From Cirrosporium novae-zelandiae (Eukaryota), in assembly GCA_026023565.1 (NCBI GenBank), contig JAPETS010000001.1, positions 744,001 to 808,000 of the forward strand: a stretch of DNA of 64,000 nt, written 5' to 3'. The first letter of the stretch is position 1, and the number at the start of each line of letters is the position of its first letter. The notes below the pieces were generated by a model that worked only from the letters and a program-made list of their open reading frames with translations, ran no database searches and had not been told where the DNA came from. The position numbers and the translations under genes were made by a program. Below are positions 25,370 to 38,376 of the stretch, piece after piece.

Positions 25370-25425
25370 ATAGCCCATCGGTAGCCCATCGATAACCCAT
25401 CGATAACCCACCGATAAACCCATCG
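25370..25425 (+). repeat. Five-copy 11-bp minisatellite (RTARCCCAYCG)
   Basis: atagcccatcg gtagcccatcg ataacccatcg ataacccaccg ataaacccatcg. Confidence 0.85.
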
Positions 25426-25783
25426 TTCCTGTCAATCGGGTCAAGTCCAGCCGCCGATGCGCCTGTCTCGCCCTCAGTTTCGACTCGTAACCCCCAACTC
25501 GGAATTATCCCCGCACGTCACAAACACCTACAAAAGACACCTCTTGGGAGAAATCCGAAGATCCCTTTCATGAATATATTTGAGAAACTTAATACATAAA
25601 TGGGTATCATTTCATACAACCATAACCCCATATCCTGAAAATATCAGAACTGCAAGTTAGCAACCACTTGTAGTGCCAAGTAAATCGTTAAGTACAATAT
25701 TCGGAGCCACTCATAATCTCCTGTCCTCCTACCAATCACACACCAATGCCATTCTCCAGTAAAATATGGAGCAAAATTCTGTT

Positions 25784-28714
25784 TTACTCTGCTCGTTCTA
25801 GTATATCCAAAGTTTCTTGCAGTCCTGCCGAAAACCCTTCCTGTCTGTCATGCTCGTCATCAGCTTCCACGACTTGCGCATCAACTTTCTTATAATATTC
25901 GAGGAATTCTTTGGCTGCGTCTAGCATAAACTTTAGCTTTCCCCCAGGAAAAAGAGAGCGGGCTCCCATTCGCGTGTTCTCGTCAAGGCACATGTTGCAC
26001 AAGAAGACGGTTAGATACCCAAAAGCCACGTTTGATTCGCTAGCTTTCAAGGATTGTGCGTCTGCTGTTTTCCCGAGTCTCTCGGAGAACAGTTTAATCG
26101 CATTTTGAAGAACACTAGGCTGAGTATCTGAAGGCGTGGCTAGTTGCTTTCTAGCTGTGGAGCTCATCTCGGCAAATTTTATCAGACAACCTAGTGAGAG
26201 GATGACTTTATCTATTTCCTGCTCATTTGCATCTAGATGGAGATTGTTGAAAAGCAACTGAACATGCCGAAAGACTTCCCCCAAGAGAGCCGACGTTCCG
26301 AATTTATCACACATTGCCGGGCTTTTGTTCGTTAAATTAAGAACAAGGCGCAAGGCCAGAAGTTGAACATCAACTGGCAGATCATTCTCGTCGCTGATGA
26401 TTCGTGGGAGGCTTTGAGAAAGAAGAGCAAGACATTTCAGGCCCTGTGATGTAGGACAAGATGCCATCTCTGCTGACAAGCTTGAAGATTCAAGAATAGA
26501 AAGAATCATTTCCACGGTGAATGCATCTTCATCCTTGGCCATTGTTTTCGTCAGCATGTCTGTTAGTGCAATAAAGAGGCTTTCGGAAATAAGGTGAGAC
26601 ATGTCTCCCTTGCCTCTTAGCTCACGTATGAGCAACTCTAGACCCTGCAAAGCTATAGCCCGCGCCGAAAGCTCCGATAGTTGGAACTCACCCCAGCATT
26701 TCAGTTGCAGAAGTTTGCTTCGAAGGTCTGCTAGTGATGCCTGGAATGCCTTTGACAACCTATATTGGCGGTCTTTTGATACATGGGCCATGTCCTCGTC
26801 TGATTCGAGAAGGTCGGTTAGAAAAGGAATTGTGCCCGAAGTTTGTAAGATCTGTAGCGACCGGAGTGTGAGACCAGAAGAAAGTAGCATCAGCATAGCC
26901 GAATTAAGTAGAACACAAGTGATCGAATCTGACTCGCTTGTGAGACTTGAAAATAGTCGTTGTTCTAGTCCATGGTCCAAGAATTGTTGCAGCCAGTCAT
27001 GCTTAACCAGCTTGAGACAGAGATCTAGAAGTGCATTACGACGCCGGGAAAGTGCTTTTGGACCGTTGTCCTCGATATCCTCGAATAGCGTATCCACTGC
27101 AGCGAGAAATCTCTGGTTTCCACCCGCTTGCCTCAACTCATATATGCTCTTTAAACCACCGCCTTTTATGCCATCTTCATCATCCTCATCAAGCGATGGT
27201 TTTGCAGGCTTGGAAAATGATGTTAGAACAGCATCAATTCCCCGAGATGCTAAGGGTTTACTGGAACTAGCAGAGTCAAGCAAAGCTAATGGTGGCAATT
27301 CTTCCAATGTCATACTTTCTGAGAGATAGCTCCTTTGGCGAGAATACGTGATCTTTGGTGCAAAACTAGAGGGGGTAGAGGAGCCTTGGGAGGAAAAATC
27401 AAAGCGAAGAGAGCTCTGGCTCGATACTTGGCTAGATGTGTTTGCATGCGTGTGATCCTCTGCTAGAGAAACCACATCGGTGTCCATAACATCATTTTCG
27501 TCGGTATTGTCGGTATCGTCGTCACTTGACGAAATTGTAGAGCTGCTTTCTACATGATATTTATGTAAAGCATCAATCACCCTTTTACGTGAACGTGGCC
27601 CAGGAGGAGAAGATGAGAGTGCCGACGCCCGTGGTCCTGCAAGGCCTTGATTTGGTGGATCCGAGCTTTGGCTTCCAGAGGATAGGTTCAGCTTTTGCAG
27701 GTTTATCTGACTAGGACTATTGCTGTGTATGCTATCCTCAAGCCTTTCCTGAACGCTAGGTGTTTGAGGTGAAAGATGAGAAGATTCTGGAATTAAAGCA
27801 ACTTCGTCGAGATCCTCGCTAGATATACTTGTTTCTCGATTAAACAGCATTGACTCCTTTCTGTCATTACCTTCTACTGGACTGCTTAGACCATATTTGG
27901 TAGTGCGGATGGGACCCGATGATTTGATATTATCCTCAGTTCTAGGAAGATCAGATTGTAGTGACGATTTCAGTCCAGGAGATATTCGAGATAAATAAAC
28001 TCGATCTTTGTGGGTATCTGTAGTCCTTGTCCTCAAGACTCTGGATCTAGGAACATTGTTACGTTCTTTGGACTTGATAGTAGGTGGCACTGATGTGATA
28101 GGCGCTGGCGATCCTGTTATAGACTCTAAACGTTTAGTCGATGGTACATAAGAAGTTTTGTTATCATTCTTGATGAAACTATAGCCACTGCGATCTGCTG
28201 AATTAAAGCTCGTGCCGCTTCGTTTGATGGGATGTTTCTTCGTCGTAGCGGCTACGTCTCGTGCTTTTGTCGTCGATTTGCTGCCGGCATATCCACCCTC
28301 GGCAACCTTTCTGCGTTTTCTAGGCTCTGCTGTCTGTTTAGTTTGCTGTTCGTCATCCGATATAGGGATGTCAAATATTGCATCTTTTGCTGGATGCTCA
28401 TATTCTCGGGATTTTTTAGTAGAATTCTTGATCGATATTTTGCGTGTGACGTTGGCAATTGGGCGCTTTAATGGTTGTGACTCAGGGATGCTGTCGGTCG
28501 TTTTTAAAATTCTGGCAGATGAAACACTATGAGGGATTCCGTTTGCATCCTCTTTTTTCTCATGCTTAGTTTTGGTAGGTCTGCTATCTGATTCCTCTTG
28601 GGGAGGGGGATAGCTATCCTGATTTGGCTGATCATAGTCTCTGATTATTCTTCGTGATGCTTTGCCATAAGTAACGGCCCGGCGACGGGCCTTCGTAGCC
28701 TCTAACGACATCAT
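25784..28714 (-). CDS. WPL1: Wings-apart-like cohesin release factor (Wapl/Rad61)
   Basis: 976-aa single-exon ORF: disordered N-terminal half, KITYSRQRSYL, LKSIYELRQAGGNQRF at the start of a helical WAPL domain, LRLVLNLTN, VAFGYL. Confidence 0.8.
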   Translation of the reverse strand: MMSLEATKARRRAVTYGKASRRIIRDYDQPNQDSYPPPQEESDSRPTKTKHEKKEDANGIPHSVSSARILKTTDSIPESQPLKRPIANVTRKISIKNSTKKSREYEHPAKDAIFDIPISDDEQQTKQTAEPRKRRKVAEGGYAGSKSTTKARDVAATTKKHPIKRSGTSFNSADRSGYSFIKNDNKTSYVPSTKRLESITGSPAPITSVPPTIKSKERNNVPRSRVLRTRTTDTHKDRVYLSRISPGLKSSLQSDLPRTEDNIKSSGPIRTTKYGLSSPVEGNDRKESMLFNRETSISSEDLDEVALIPESSHLSPQTPSVQERLEDSIHSNSPSQINLQKLNLSSGSQSSDPPNQGLAGPRASALSSSPPGPRSRKRVIDALHKYHVESSSTISSSDDDTDNTDENDVMDTDVVSLAEDHTHANTSSQVSSQSSLRFDFSSQGSSTPSSFAPKITYSRQRSYLSESMTLEELPPLALLDSASSSKPLASRGIDAVLTSFSKPAKPSLDEDDEDGIKGGGLKSIYELRQAGGNQRFLAAVDTLFEDIEDNGPKALSRRRNALLDLCLKLVKHDWLQQFLDHGLEQRLFSSLTSESDSITCVLLNSAMLMLLSSGLTLRSLQILQTSGTIPFLTDLLESDEDMAHVSKDRQYRLSKAFQASLADLRSKLLQLKCWGEFQLSELSARAIALQGLELLIRELRGKGDMSHLISESLFIALTDMLTKTMAKDEDAFTVEMILSILESSSLSAEMASCPTSQGLKCLALLSQSLPRIISDENDLPVDVQLLALRLVLNLTNKSPAMCDKFGTSALLGEVFRHVQLLFNNLHLDANEQEIDKVILSLGCLIKFAEMSSTARKQLATPSDTQPSVLQNAIKLFSERLGKTADAQSLKASESNVAFGYLTVFLCNMCLDENTRMGARSLFPGGKLKFMLDAAKEFLEYYKKVDAQVVEADDEHDRQEGFSAGLQETLDILERAE

Positions 28715-29556
28715 CGTCGGCCAAATAGTGAGGGGCGCCAGACTATAGTGAAGATGGATAAATCATCGGTCAAGCTGGAAGTGATTCTAGGATGAGGCGA
28801 CAAATAAGTTGATGTTATCAAAAAAGTAGCGGTGAAGTGTGATAACTTACAATCATCCGATGGCAGGCTTCACCTTCGTTGTCGCAACTCGAAACGTTAT
28901 GGAAACTTGCAGAATGATAGTAGTGGGTGGAGAAATCAAACCAATACTGGTGCAGTTTTCAGGGCTTCTAAAGTCACCATGCAGAAGTAGAGATTATTCA
29001 AGAGAACATTATGCTGTATGGGAAATCAGGTGGCTCAGTTGATGAAGGGAAATCTCTTTGGTCTTTATTGGAGGTTGGGATGTCAGTGTCTGTTCTCCCT
29101 TGAAGAGGAAGCACATTCGTTTTGGCTTCGGCCGATAGGAAAATTAAGGTTGATTAGCTCCCGCTCTCTGCATGCTTGACCGAAGTCGGTGGGAGAGAGT
29201 GGAGGGGCATTCCAAATTCGACTCTTGAGTAGGGTCAGAGGGTCTAGCATTCAATTGTGGGATTTCTAGGCATAGATAAAATGCACGAGACATCTTGACA
29301 ATATCTCCCAACTCCGCTTCACTTCGTTACAACCAACCCAAGACTGCCACATATATTAACTTGAGATACTCAACGCTGATAACAATCAATGCGCACATCG
29401 ATCTCCGCTTATTTTCTCACGTATATAGATCTCTCTACTTTTAACAAGCTCAATTGAAGCTTTTATCCCAGAGGACACAAGTCCAACACGACCTATCGAA
29501 CACAATTTCAGGCACGTTTCTTCATATTATTATTTTTTGGATATTTTGCGGTGAAA

Positions 29557-30460
<904 letters not shown>

Positions 30461-30970
30461 GATGCCATACCTACAAATACTAGGCACTTTTATATTGCTC
30501 AGATCAACTTCCAGGCAATACGAAATCTCAAAACCTTACTATTTTGGCGACTGATTGCCGGTATCTGATATGAAAAATCTCGTGCGTAACGCTCCTCGGC
30601 GGACACAGATTAAGCCCCTTTGCTATTTCTGGCTTCATTCGTGGTTCAATATATGAAAATTATGTTAAAAAGAAATACTCAAACATGGAAATTGCCAGAC
30701 TAGCATGATGGGAGGTGTCAAGCGTACAGACTATACTCTCGAAGGCTAGAATTTACTTAAACATAGAATACTCCGGAGTGGTATATCAGGAAACAGCAAG
30801 CATTTATACATGGCGTAGCAGTGAATCGAGTCAAATTTCAAGTATTGTTTTAAAGTGTTATCGCATTGTGTGACTGCTGACCCATGGTAAATTTCAAGAA
30901 CACCTCATGATCAAGAGTTCCTAGCCCTATACGCCATCAATTCCCCATTCATTGTAGTGTACACTCAATC

Positions 30971-31527
30971 TCAAAGAGCTTCTAGCTCTTCATCATCATC
31001 CACTATGTCATCATAGTCCCCGCGGTCATCCTCCCCACCAGAAGTGCCTCCATACCCCTCATGATGTCCCCTACGAACGCCCCCTCCACTCCGCTTCTGT
31101 TCTTCGGCTGCCTCTTTCGCGACGGCATCACAGGCATCAATCCAGTCTGAGTAGACATCAACCTCATGAGAAAGATCTATTGCAGCAATTAGTGTATGGC
31201 CTATTCACGAAAAGGTAGCCAACATTGCACTTACAATTGATACTCGATTGAAAAATCTGCCCGCAAACCTTACACGAGAGATTTCCAATACCATCTTTCT
31301 TCGCCATCGAAACAGAAACGGATTTCTCGTGGTTACAAAAAAGGCAAGGGAACGTCGTTTCGAGTTTTTCTCTCTGTTGATTGCTATCAGTCGCTACGGC
31401 GATATGGAAATGGTGGTTTTATATAACCTTCTTTGGGCCTTGCGGCTTGCGAGTTGACTTCTTGCGTTTGCCCTGGAGTGATATTAGAAATTGGCTTCAT
31501 GAAGATCATATAGGTGATATGTACCAT
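30971..31527 (-). CDS. ELF1: Transcription elongation factor Elf1 (not in the ORF track)
   Basis: Spliced: ATG-only first coding exon, then [34 protein letters not shown]...[30 protein letters not shown] and an acidic tail; TGA at 30973-30971. Confidence 0.93.
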
Positions 31528-32750
31528 ATTAGATCTCTAGAATTATTTCACAGTTGATGAAAGTAAGTGTTGCAATGGGAAGGAGAATAATCGGTTTCAG
31601 TGCCCTTTGATACACGACTCTGCAATAATGAGCAGAGAAATAAATATTATCAAAGGAGCAAGGATGAAGAAGGTCGAGATCCACTCGTAACTCTGCGGTA
31701 AATTCAAGACCAAATCACGAGATATGAATTGGCCCAAGCTCAGCCTTATAGTTCAAAACGTTGGTTGGTTCTATTACTTCAACACGAACACCTACAGTAA
31801 AGTTTGCGAATATCTCTTCTAGACAACCGCCCTCAGTCTATCTACTATAGTTTACCTGATTGGTATTTATTATGGATTAGTTGAGTTGTTTATGTGAGAG
31901 TGCAGAACTCTATGTATCTATTAATAAGATTTTAGGGATTGAGAGTAGCTCAGGCCCAAATTTATGCCAGCGGACGTTCTCATTGCCAGACACTACCAAC
32001 TATCGATATCAGAAACCATCTAGGTGTGCCAGGATATCATATTGTGCCTAGTTGCAAGCCATAGCGATAATGAAAGCAATGCAATATCCTTAGATAATAC
32101 CCGATATAATCCCCTAAGCCGACATCACTAAATACAGTTTTCCTCTAAACTGTTTCGCTAACTAGGAGCATTGGAAATTATATTTTACCACAACGGTTTC
32201 AATTTCTCGGAGGACATTAGGACGCTCTTGAAAGTTATAGCTTAAAGATATAATAAAACATCACATCTCTCTAATGCTGACCAAGGAGATTGAATCATTA
32301 TTAGATGATCAGGTTAGATCAAAATTAGGTAAATAGACATATCCATGTCACCGCACTGACGCCGATGTTGTAGCCGATATTGAGTTGTAGATATGCTTGA
32401 TATTACAAATATCACCAAGCGGCACTCTGTATCTGAGGTATTTCCCATTCTATACTACTCGAGTACACGTGCCACAGTACCGTGCCTTGGATCGACTAGG
32501 GAGCCCCAGGGCGATAACGGAAGAGAGATAGCTTAGTTTAGCCTAGAACCCTAGGCACAGGACCACGACCCCCCTCATTGTCGTGTTCCTGCAGAAATCG
32601 GTAGACAATAAAAGAGATCTTTATGATTCTCTTTTCATCCTCTACTTAGATATTTCAAAAGTTATTTTCATTACCAGTTAAGAGGTATACAGGTCACAAC
32701 AGTTGATACTGAATACGTGGCGTGCATTTCATAACTACATTGATTGGACC

Positions 32751-32764
32751 TCGGATTAGTCCGA
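32751..32764. promoter_or_regulatory. TCGG-N6-CCGA Zn2Cys6 site (Ppr1/UaY-type) upstream of URG1
   Basis: TCGG attagt CCGA, ~160 bp before the URG1 ATG. Confidence 0.55.
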
Positions 32765-32921
32765 ACCTGCCACCGCTCAGATATCTATCGGTCAAGGAAC
32801 TACTCATCACCGGCTAGCCAATTCATATATCCTCCCAGATCTCTGTTTCTTACTCTTAAGATAGTTATCGTATTTGAAGTGCGTTTTGAAATTCGTACCT
32901 TGTCGTTCATCGTAAGCTATC

Positions 32922-35046
32922 ATGGCTGCTCAAGCTCCCGTCGACAGCAATGCTGTACTCAGCGAAATCCTATCTACATTAAAATCGATGCAACTTGACC
33001 ATCAACAGCTTTCTTCCGCTGTCGATGCAATAAATGGCCGCGTCAATATGCTCTCAGGTGTGCAGCAAGTCCATGCGGCTCGGAACGGTACCATGTCGAA
33101 CAACGTATCTGAAGGAACCTCAGGGGCTAAGAAGCTAGTAGCAGAGCCATCTGGCGTCCAAACACCACGAGAAGAACTAGATGACGGCCGTGAGACACCT
33201 AGCGTCCCTATACCTCCTTTGTCTCCGAAAAAGTCTGGTGTATCGTCGTCTCGAATCATTCTCACAACATATCCGGGACAAGCTGGCATTGATCCAATTC
33301 AAATGTCATGGGGAAATGCAGATCCAGCCCAGAGAGGTCCTGTAGTCGTAGGACGTGGGCCAAGTACAATTCGAAGACGAAATGGTAGGTCTAAAGCTTC
33401 TCGATCTTTCTATATTGGACTATTCTAAAGTGAAATCACAGCTATTGGTGCTCATGGGGGCTCATACTCGATTTACTACGCGTTGGCTCTTGCTAGCAAG
33501 AATCTAAAGTACGATCATAAACCCGACTTTACAAATACGGAGCCCGCTGCACCAATTGGACCACACCCACAATGGGCTGACCCCAAAAAGATCGTCTCCA
33601 TGGATCCTCTGGGGCATTTGGCGCCGTGGCTATTCAAGGACTATATCAACAAAGAGAATGTTGAACTTAGGCCTACAATCGCAGTAACGAAGGCTCACAT
33701 GATGCTTCCGGAGCTTGAACAAAGTGTCAAGGCAGGAAGACTCGTGCCTGATGGGAAAATATGTATGAACTCCAGTGGTGAATTAGCGGTAACAAAAATT
33801 GCAGTAGAACCAGTATGGTACTTACCAGGTGTTGCAGAGAGATTTGGAATGGGTTTGAACCCCTTTCATTGACTAGGTCTCTGAATAATATTTTGGATGA
33901 ACTGACTTTGGTCATTTATAACAGACGAGGGAACATTACGCCGATCTCTATTTGAAAACACAGGTGGCTCATATCCAGAACTAATCACAAGAAACGACAT
34001 AAAACTCTTCCTCCCACCTATTGGCGGCATGACTGTGTACTGCTTTGGAGACCCTGCAAAGATGTCTAATCCTAACGTTCGCCTTGCCTTGCGTGTACAT
34101 GATGAGTGTAATGGCAGTGATGTCTTCGGTTCGGACATTTGCACATGCAGGCCTTATCTTATTTACGGAGTTGAGGAGGCCGTCAAAGAAGCACAAAAGG
34201 GAGGTAGTGGAGTCGTCATATACTTCCGTAAAGAAGGTCGAGCTCTCGGCGAAGTGACGAAATATCTAGTTTATAATGCCAGTAAGTGGAAGCATAGATC
34301 TTCTGATTAAAAGAACTGAATGCTAATCATCACCTAGGAAAGCGAAGTTCGGATAGTAAGATTTTAGCTATGATGTATCCTTTTCTAAGCTGACAATTTG
34401 TAGGTGCTGCCGAGTACTTCAAGAGGACCGAGAACATTGCTGGCGTAAAGGTAATCACTAGCAAACACTAGAGCATCAAGGCTTAACTGAACTTTGCTTC
34501 TAGGATATGCGGTTCCAACAACTAATGCCTGATGTAAGACAACTTGACAATTATAATATTTCGTTCAAGTTGGTATTATTGTGATGAAATCTATTGAACT
34601 GATTAAATCACATAGATCCTTCATTGGCTTGGAATCACAAAGATTGATAGGATGCTTAGCATGTCGAAGTAAGCTTCGGGATAATCTGCACTCGTCCTCG
34701 CCATGTCTGGCTTTCATGCTAACAAAACTGCTTTCTAGTATGAAACATGATGCTATAGTTGGACAGGGTATTCCTATCCACGAGCGGGTTCCCATTCCTG
34801 ACGAACTTATACCAGAGGACAGCAGGGTAGAGATCGATGCAAAGATTCATGCCGGATATTGTAAGCAGATCATCCAGGTTACTTCTAGTATTCGTTCAGG
34901 CTAACTTCTCTTATAGTCACGACCGGGAAGGTGATGAATACATCTGAGCTGGCCGCTGTTCATGGAAGAGGTTGGGAGGACCTAGATGTAAACACTGACT
35001 ATGCTAAATGCGCACTATCAACATTGCTAATACTGAACAGCACTAA
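32922..35046 (+). CDS. URG1: GTP cyclohydrolase II-like uracil-regulated protein (Urg1/Urc1)
   Basis: ILTTYPGQAGIDPI.MSWG..DP..RGPVVV, RRRNAIGAHGGSYSIY, RPTIAVTKAHM, Zn ligands RVHDECNGSDVFGSDICTCRPYL, RKEGRALGEVTKYLVYNA; about 10 exons including an 18-nt one; ends GRGWEDLDH TAA. Confidence 0.92.
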
Positions 35047-35541
35047 ACTGCCATTCCATCATGAAAAGCTTTAGACAATGACGCAGAGGAACTCTGAGGC
35101 GACAACTGGGGGGGGGCAAGGAGATTAATTAGCATTAGGTTTTCAAGGTCTTCCAAGGGACTATTGAGTATGATGTAGGGTGATGAGCGATGAGTGATGA
35201 TTTTCTTCGTGATTTTTCGGGAACAAGAGGATGCCATCTCAGATAATGACTCTTTCTCACGTAGGTATTGATAATAAATAAACTCTTTCTGACTGAACCG
35301 CAAGTTCTTTTGTACTTCTGTAGTTCATAAAAATTTTCTAATCGGGAAAATAGGGTCTACAACCCTCGTACTAGTCTATATTAGGACTAGTCTGACTACT
35401 TGGGTTACCCACACATTTGCTTTCCCAGAATTTCAGATTGCTTAAACCAATTCATCAACGACCTCCGCCACCAAATATCTTCACGACCACATACGCCAGA
35501 GAGCGACCATCATCTTAGGGAAAAAGATATAAGTCGCAATC

Positions 35542-36583
35542 ATGGCTGTCGGAAAGTAAGTTGCTTTCCCTGGATACTCAAATGCCAACGGGTCTTTCGA
35601 TTACCCAACACCGAACTTTTGTTAACTGGCTATCAATAGGAACAAGAGGTTGTCCAAGGGTAAGAAAGGTACCAAGAAGAGGGCTCAGGACCCATTCGCT
35701 AGGAAGGATTGGTACTCCGTGAAGGTCAGAATCGAATCTAGATCTCTGTATTATTTTGGCATTAAGCTGACCTTTGTACATATAGGCACCATCAACCTTC
35801 GCTATTAGAGAGTACGAGCACTTAATTCCAAACCTTAGTCATTACAATAACTAACCGATTACCCTAGTGTTGGAAAAACCCTTGTCAACCGTACCACTGG
35901 TATGAAAAACGCCAATGACGCTCTCAAAGGCCGGATCTTCGAAGTCTCCCTCGCAGATCTCCAAAAAGATGAAGACCACGCCTTCCGCAAAGTCAAGCTC
36001 CGTGTCGATGAAGTTCAGGGCAAGAACTGCTTGACAAACTTCCATGGCCTCGACTTCACTTCTGACAAACTCCGCTCTCTCGTCCGCAAGTGGCAGACGC
36101 TTATTGAGTGCAACGTTCCCGTTAAGACTACAGATGACTACCTTATCCGTTTATTTGCCATCGCATTCACAAAGAGACGGCCAAACCAAATCAGGAAGAC
36201 CACATATGCCCGCTCTTCGCAAATTAGGGCCATCAGGAAGAAGATGACCGAAATCATTCAACGGGAGGCTTCGTCATGCACGCTCTCTGCTTTAACGACA
36301 AAGTTGATCCCTGAAGTTATTGGACGTGAAATAGAGAAGGCTTGCCAGGGCATCTACCCTCTTCAAAACGTATGTATATGTCTAATTTACCTAGGCTAAT
36401 TGCTACACCCCTCCGAATGCTGATACATGTATTCTCTAGTGCCACATCCGCAAAGTCAAGCTCCTAAAACAACCAAAGTTTGACCTCGGTGCACTCCTAA
36501 ATCTTCACGGAGAGTCTAGCACCGACGATGCTGGGCAAAAAGTTGAGCGGGAATTCAAGGAGCAGGTCTTGGAGAGCGTTTAA
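35542..36583 (+). CDS. RPS1: 40S ribosomal protein eS1 (S3Ae)
   Basis: [57 protein letters not shown]; four introns. Confidence 0.98.
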
Positions 36584-37058
36584 ACGTTGCTGATTGATGA
36601 TAAAGGGCTATGGTGATGGGATGATCTTTCAAACAAATGAGCGCTGGATGATGTATTGCGAGTGCTCTACATGGAAAGAAACGAACATGTCAAATTAGAG
36701 TGACTAGGTTTCATTCAAAAATAGAGATCTTGGTTGGAGGTCTCGCAGTTAGCAAATGAACTGTTCCAACTCTTACTTTGGGTCTTATTGTAATGCGTGC
36801 CTGTGTGCCCTATAAAATTTCTATGAAAACGAGTCTATGAGAAGAAATACTCTGATATTACAAAAGTAGTCCCTAATATATAATTATTTTGTGCGATATC
36901 CATGTTCTCACAGTTCTATAATTTTGTTCTGCTGAACAATTGCCTTCCTGATCTGATGTTACAAGTACCTCAACCGAAAATCTCCAAGCTTGATTAGAAG
37001 GTACTTACACACTCTCAATCCATCATCTACCCCTCTATCCCAATACAACTTTTCAACC

Positions 37059-38376
37059 ATGAACTCGCCACTGCTCCGCTCCGCCTACCGACTGCCTTCC
37101 GGCCAAGCTCGCAGATACTTCTCTAATACTCCCCTCGTCCGTCTTCCGCTTGCCTATAACCTACACCAGCCCTCCCCGCTCCAAGATGCCCCGCTCAATC
37201 ACCCCATCATCTTCATGCATGGGCTCTTCGGCTCCAAGCAAAACAACAGGAGCATCAGTAAGTACGAACAAGCGGCTCTAGATGTGCGTTTCTTTGCATT
37301 AATTGGCTAACGTCACGGGAAAATGTAGGGCATTGGCGAGGGACTTGAACCGGCCAATATATGCCATTGTATGTATCCATTATTACACAGATTTGGAAAT
37401 TGGATAGATGCAATAACTAACGATCATACAGGACTTAAGAAACCATGGCGATTCTCCCCATGCTCCCCGGCATGATTACACTGCAATGGCTGAAGACGTT
37501 GAGAAATTTATTCATGAACACAAGATAGAGCGTCCCACGCTGATAGGTCACTCGATGTTAGCCTTTCTGCTTTCGTTTTTCATGTCTACACATTTATCTC
37601 CTTAATTGCGAATATATCGCTGAAACGGATAACACAGGGGTGCAAAAACCGCAATGACGGTCGCGCTTCGTCATCCAGATCTAATCGCGAACCTGATACC
37701 GGTGGACAACGCCCCCATTGACGCAGCGCTGAAAAGCGACTTCGGGAAATATGTCCGTGGAATGAAGAAGGTGGAAGAGGCAAATGTGTCTAAGCAGAAA
37801 GAAGCAGATGCAATACTGGAAGAATATGAGGAAGTAGTTACCTCCCCGCCTCTTCGATCTGTGGCTACATAAATCCCTATAATATATCCAACACACATAC
37901 ATATACATAAAAAGCTATACTTGCTAACCACTTCCCGCCTCTTACCCCCCACAGTCCCTCCCCATTCGCCAATTTCTCATGATGAACCTTATCCGCGATT
38001 CCAACACCGGAAAATACCATTTCCGAATCCCGATTAAGACGCTTGCGAACGCCCTCGATGACATGGCAGACTTCCCATTCAAAAACCCAGACGAGGTACG
38101 CTATGAGGGCCCTACACTGTTCATCCGAGGAACAAACAGCCATTATCTAGCCGACGACGCACTGCCTGTGATTGGAAAATTCTTCCCGCGGTTTGAGCTG
38201 AGGGATGTGGAGAGCGGGCATTGGGTTATTTCGGAAAATCCAGAGGCATTTAGAGAAGGTGAGTCTCTCCCATCCATTTATCGCTCCATCATGTAGTTAT
38301 TGAGAAGGGACTATACGCTAATATTTTTTGGGGGGGGATGATAGCTGTAGTGGAGTTTTTGCAGGACAGGGACTGA
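37059..38376 (+). CDS. Mitochondrial alpha/beta hydrolase (ABHD11/Imo32/YbfF-like)
   Basis: Presequence-like N-terminus, HGLFGSKQN, DLRNHGDSPH, nucleophile GHSMGAK (split by an intron), VDNAP, SGHWVISENP; five introns. Confidence 0.9.
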
